IMG/VR virus record: IMGVR_UViG_3300037311_000073
Location: 1 to 50,850 of that record
Source: a virus
Lineage: Duplodnaviria; Caudoviricetes
Direction: 5' to 3' (one strand)
DNA: 50,850 nt
A model generated the notes under the pieces. That model was not told where the DNA came from. It saw nothing but the letters and a program-made list of their open reading frames with translations, and searched no databases. Positions 48,460 through 50,850 of this stretch are shown here, piece after piece (positions within the stretch are counted from its first letter, which is position 1; every line of letters begins with the position of its first letter). The position numbers were made by a program, and so were the translations under genes.

Positions 48460-48864
48460 ATGACGCTTGAACCGCACCAACAGCTCGTGGTGGAAGAGAA
48501 GAACAACGTCAGCGAGCGGCTGGCGAAACTGTTGGGCTTCTTTCAGGGGCCGCTTTTCCCAACATTGGACGAGGCCGAGCGCGCTCGCCTGCGCAACCAG
48601 GCGCGCTTCATGGACGGCTACGCGGCAGTCTTGGAGGAGCGCATTGCCGCGTTTAGGGTGCGCGCCGACGAAACCGGCGAAATACAGCACCTCCGCGCGT
48701 CAGTGGCCGAGGCCCGCGACACTTTCCAGAAATACGCCGAGCTGCACCGCGCGAAGGGCACGCCGGAGGGCAACGCCAAGGCCGCGGCCAACGCCGAGCT
48801 GGCGGCGCGGATGGACGCTGCCCTGCGGCACAACGCCAGGTTAAGCGGGAGACAACGGCCGTGA
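48460..48864 (+). CDS. crAss001_48-like domain protein with C-terminal extension that reads into attC1
   Basis: AGGAG RBS; PHQQLVVEEK..ERLAKL..F..LDEAERARLRNQARFMDGYAAVLEERIAAF; stop lies inside attC1. Confidence 0.8.
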   Translation: MTLEPHQQLVVEEKNNVSERLAKLLGFFQGPLFPTLDEAERARLRNQARFMDGYAAVLEERIAAFRVRADETGEIQHLRASVAEARDTFQKYAELHRAKGTPEGNAKAAANAELAARMDAALRHNARLSGRQRP

Positions 48865-48928
48865 CGCTGCCGACGAAGCGCACAGGTGCGGATAGCCGTT
48901 GGCTCTCCGCTTCAACCGACAGTTATGC
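48828..48928 (-). repeat. attC site 1 (101 bp)
   Basis: Minus strand GCATAAC-5 nt-GTT(G)AAGCGG(A)GAG...CTCCCGCTTAAC-5 nt-GTTGTGC. Confidence 0.85.
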
Positions 48929-48950
48929 AGCAACACAAAGGAGCCTGCAA

Positions 48951-49583
48951 GTGAGCGAGTACCACAAGATTCAGAGCATCTACAAGCGCGACATGACCAG
49001 CAAGCGCAAGACGCTGATTGAAGGCGAATGGACGCTGCCCGAGTTTGAATACCTGGCCGGCAACGTGTGGGTCTTCACCGAGAAGGTGGACGGCACGAAC
49101 ATTCGCGTGATCTTCAAGGACGGCGGCATCACGTTCGGCGGGCGCACCGAGGACGCGCAGATTCCCGCGCAACTGGTGGGCCGCCTGAACGAGCGATTCT
49201 TGCCGCTGGCCGCGAAGCTGGGCGAGGTGTTCCCGGACGGTGCGGCGGTACTGTACGGCGAGGGCTACGGCGCCAAGATTCAGAAGGGCGGCGGCAACTA
49301 CCGCGCCGACCAAGACTTCGTGTTGTTCGACGTGCGCGTGGGCCAGTGGTGGCTGCAGCGCGCCGACGTGGGCGACGTGGCACAGAAGCTGGGCCTTGAC
49401 GCGGTGCCCGTGATTGGCGAGGGCACGCTGCACGATGCTGTGGCCTGGGCCAAGCGTGGCATCCGCTCGACCTGGGGCGACTTCGAGGCCGAGGGCATCG
49501 TTGCGAGGCCGAAGACCGAGCTGATGACGCGCAGCGGGCACCGACTGGTGGCCAAGATCAAGTGCCGCGACTTTGCTGCATAA
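48951..49583 (+). CDS. RNA ligase (Rnl2-like nucleotidyltransferase domain only, 210 aa)
   Basis: Motif I TEKVDGTN, III LYGEGYG, IIIa FVLFDV, IV EGIVARP, V AKIK; AAGGAG RBS before GTG 48951. Confidence 0.9.
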   Translation: MSEYHKIQSIYKRDMTSKRKTLIEGEWTLPEFEYLAGNVWVFTEKVDGTNIRVIFKDGGITFGGRTEDAQIPAQLVGRLNERFLPLAAKLGEVFPDGAAVLYGEGYGAKIQKGGGNYRADQDFVLFDVRVGQWWLQRADVGDVAQKLGLDAVPVIGEGTLHDAVAWAKRGIRSTWGDFEAEGIVARPKTELMTRSGHRLVAKIKCRDFAA

Positions 49584-49664
49584 CGTCGGCGTTAACCGGC
49601 GCGCGTGATGAAAGACCCGGAGCGCGGCGCTATGTCGCGCGTCCGGTTGAACAACCAGTTCGGC
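49578..49664 (-). repeat. attC site 2 (87 bp)
   Basis: Minus strand GCCGAAC-5 nt-GTT(C)AACCGG(A)CGCGCG...CGCGCGCCGGTTAAC-6 nt-GTTATGC. Confidence 0.9.
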
Positions 49665-49692
49665 CTCTGGTGCCGGAGCGGAAGGAACTACG

Positions 49693-49836
49693 ATGGAACA
49701 GGTACTGCTGAAACTTGCTGAGAGCGCCGCTGCTGGCGGATGGCCCGCTGCTTTTGCGATTGCCGTGGTGGCGCTTGCGTGCATGGGTGCGGTGTTCGCG
49801 GTGTGCTGGTTTTGGGTTGCGCTGGTGCGCAGCTAG
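49693..49836 (+). CDS. 47-aa membrane peptide cassette gene (absent from ORF track)
   Basis: GAAGGA RBS; MEQVLLKLAESAAAGGWPAAFAIAVVALACMGAVFAVCWFWVALVRS; fills the space between attC2 and attC3. Confidence 0.7.
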   Translation: MEQVLLKLAESAAAGGWPAAFAIAVVALACMGAVFAVCWFWVALVRS

Positions 49837-49838
49837 AG

Positions 49839-49897
49839 GCCGAACGTTGCGGTTGAGCGCGCGGCCGAAGGCCGTCCGCTCGAACCGCTTGTTCGGC
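49839..49897 (-). repeat. attC site 3 (59 bp)
   Basis: Minus strand GCCGAAC-5 nt-GTT(C)GAGCGGACGGCC-TTC-GGCCGCGCGCTCAAC-6 nt-GTTCGGC; classic 59-base-element length. Confidence 0.9.
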
Positions 49898-49913
49898 CCC
49901 TGCGCACGAAAGG

Positions 49914-50738
49914 ATGAGAGTGAAAGACGACCTCGGCGACCGCATGAAGCTGTACGAAGGAATGGAAGCTGGCCGACGCCTGATGCCACTGCTGCCGGCT
50001 CTGGGCCGCATAGATGGCCGGACCTTCCACAGTTTCACGCGCGGCATGGACCGGCCGTTCGACGCGGCGTTCTCGGCCTGCATGGTGGACACAACTGCTG
50101 CCCTGGTGCGCGACACCGGGGCCTGCATGGGCTACACGCAGAGCGACGAAATCACGCTGGCCTGGCACAGCCGCACGACGCAGAGCCAGATTTGGTTCGA
50201 TGGCCGCGTGGCGAAGATGACAAGCCAGCTTGCGGCCCAGGCCACGCTGATTTTCTACCGCTTTGTGCTGGAGCGCATGCCGCAGTACGCGAACCGGCTG
50301 CCGACCTTCGATGCCCGCGTGTGGAACGTGCCGAACCGCGCCGAGGGTGCGAACGTTTTTCTGTGGCGCGAGTGGGACGCCACCAAGAACAGCGTGAGCA
50401 TGGCCGCTTCGGCGTACTACGGCCACAAGGCCCTGATGGGCAAGAACAGCCCGCAGAAGCACGACATGCTGCACGCCAAGGGCGTGAACTGGAACGACTA
50501 CCCAGCGCTTTTCAAGCGCGGCGCCTACGTGCAACGGCGCACCGTGAGTGTGCCGTTCAGCGCAAAAGAACTGGACCGCCTGCCGCCCAAGCACGAAGCG
50601 CGCACGAACCCGGCGCTTGTAGTGGAGCGCAGCGTGTGCAGCGTGTTGGACATGCCGCCGCTGGGTGCGGTGACGAACCGCGAGGCTGTCATCTTTGATG
50701 GCGCGCCGCCAATGTTGGCCGAGGGGCCGAACGCTTGA
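49914..50738 (+). CDS. thg1: Thg1-like protein (tRNA-His guanylyltransferase family 3'-5' polymerase); GTG 49920 is an alternative start
   Basis: LGDRMKLYE, RIDGRTFHSFT, YTQSDEI, FDGRVAK, FDAR, WREWDATKNS, GVNWNDYP..FKRG. Confidence 0.93.
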   Translation: MRVKDDLGDRMKLYEGMEAGRRLMPLLPALGRIDGRTFHSFTRGMDRPFDAAFSACMVDTTAALVRDTGACMGYTQSDEITLAWHSRTTQSQIWFDGRVAKMTSQLAAQATLIFYRFVLERMPQYANRLPTFDARVWNVPNRAEGANVFLWREWDATKNSVSMAASAYYGHKALMGKNSPQKHDMLHAKGVNWNDYPALFKRGAYVQRRTVSVPFSAKELDRLPPKHEARTNPALVVERSVCSVLDMPPLGAVTNREAVIFDGAPPMLAEGPNA

Positions 50739-50789
50739 GCTAAGGGGCTGGCCCGCCAGGGCCAGTCCCGCTTGAGCGAAGTGTTAGAC
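50726..50789 (-). repeat. attC site 4 (64 bp)
   Basis: Minus strand GTCTAAC-5 nt-GCT(C)AAG(C)GGG(A)CTGGCCC-TGGC-GGGCCAGCCCCTTAGC-6 nt-GTTCGGC. Confidence 0.9.
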
Positions 50790-50812
50790 AGCATCTTGGT
50801 GGAGAACTGACC

Positions 50813-50850
50813 ATGCCGATAAAGCCAGAGAACAAAGCCCGCTACCCGAA
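50813..50850 (+). CDS. 5' fragment of next cassette gene (MPIKPENKARYP), probably a phage HNH-like protein
   Basis: GGAG RBS; N-terminus resembles 'MPIRPENKARYP' phage proteins; only 12 codons visible. Confidence 0.55.
   Translation, partial: MPIKPENKARYP

Larger units (their letters stand above)
373..50850. mobile_element. Temperate podovirus-type phage genome (Bcep22-like gene set), extending past the right edge
   Basis: Terminase-portal-capsid module, no tape-measure or sheath gene, ejection proteins, DarB-like giant protein, lysis cassette, integrase with att site, RecT/YqaJ early operon. Confidence 0.95.

Noticed and set aside
48828-50789. Palindromes read as CRISPR repeats, REP elements or simple terminators
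   Set aside because: They differ in length and sequence, are separated by whole genes, lack U-tracts and show attC box geometry.

Overview
Almost the whole window is a GC-rich temperate podovirus-type phage genome with a Bcep22/BcepIL02-like gene set; a Burkholderiales host is an inference. It starts with about 128 bp of a truncated ISL3-family transposase. On the + strand (373-36559) are small and large terminase, portal, scaffold, a CsrA-like protein, an N4-gp56-type major capsid, adaptors, an SGNH esterase spike, a holin/GH19 endolysin/spanin cassette, tail and fibre genes, ejection proteins and a 4349-aa DarB-like polyvalent protein. An intact attP-like site (tRNA-Ser 3' end) and a P4-type integrase follow. 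A leftward early operon (48344 down to 38063) carries YqaJ exonuclease, RecT, a Rad50-like ATPase, a YfdP/YfdQ-like pair, a divergent Acb2 anti-CBASS homologue, a broken dual-frame C5 methyltransferase, DUF5131 and AlpA. The most striking structure is at 48828-50850: four textbook integron attC sites on the minus strand separate single genes that all lie on the plus strand (RNA ligase, 47-aa membrane peptide, Thg1-like 3'-5' polymerase, and a probable HNH-type gene running off the edge). This looks like a phage-borne, gene-inverted integron cassette array with RNA-repair cargo and no IntI in the window. A probable overprinted TnpV-like gene also lies inside the giant gene. All family calls come from motif recognition by eye; no searches were run.
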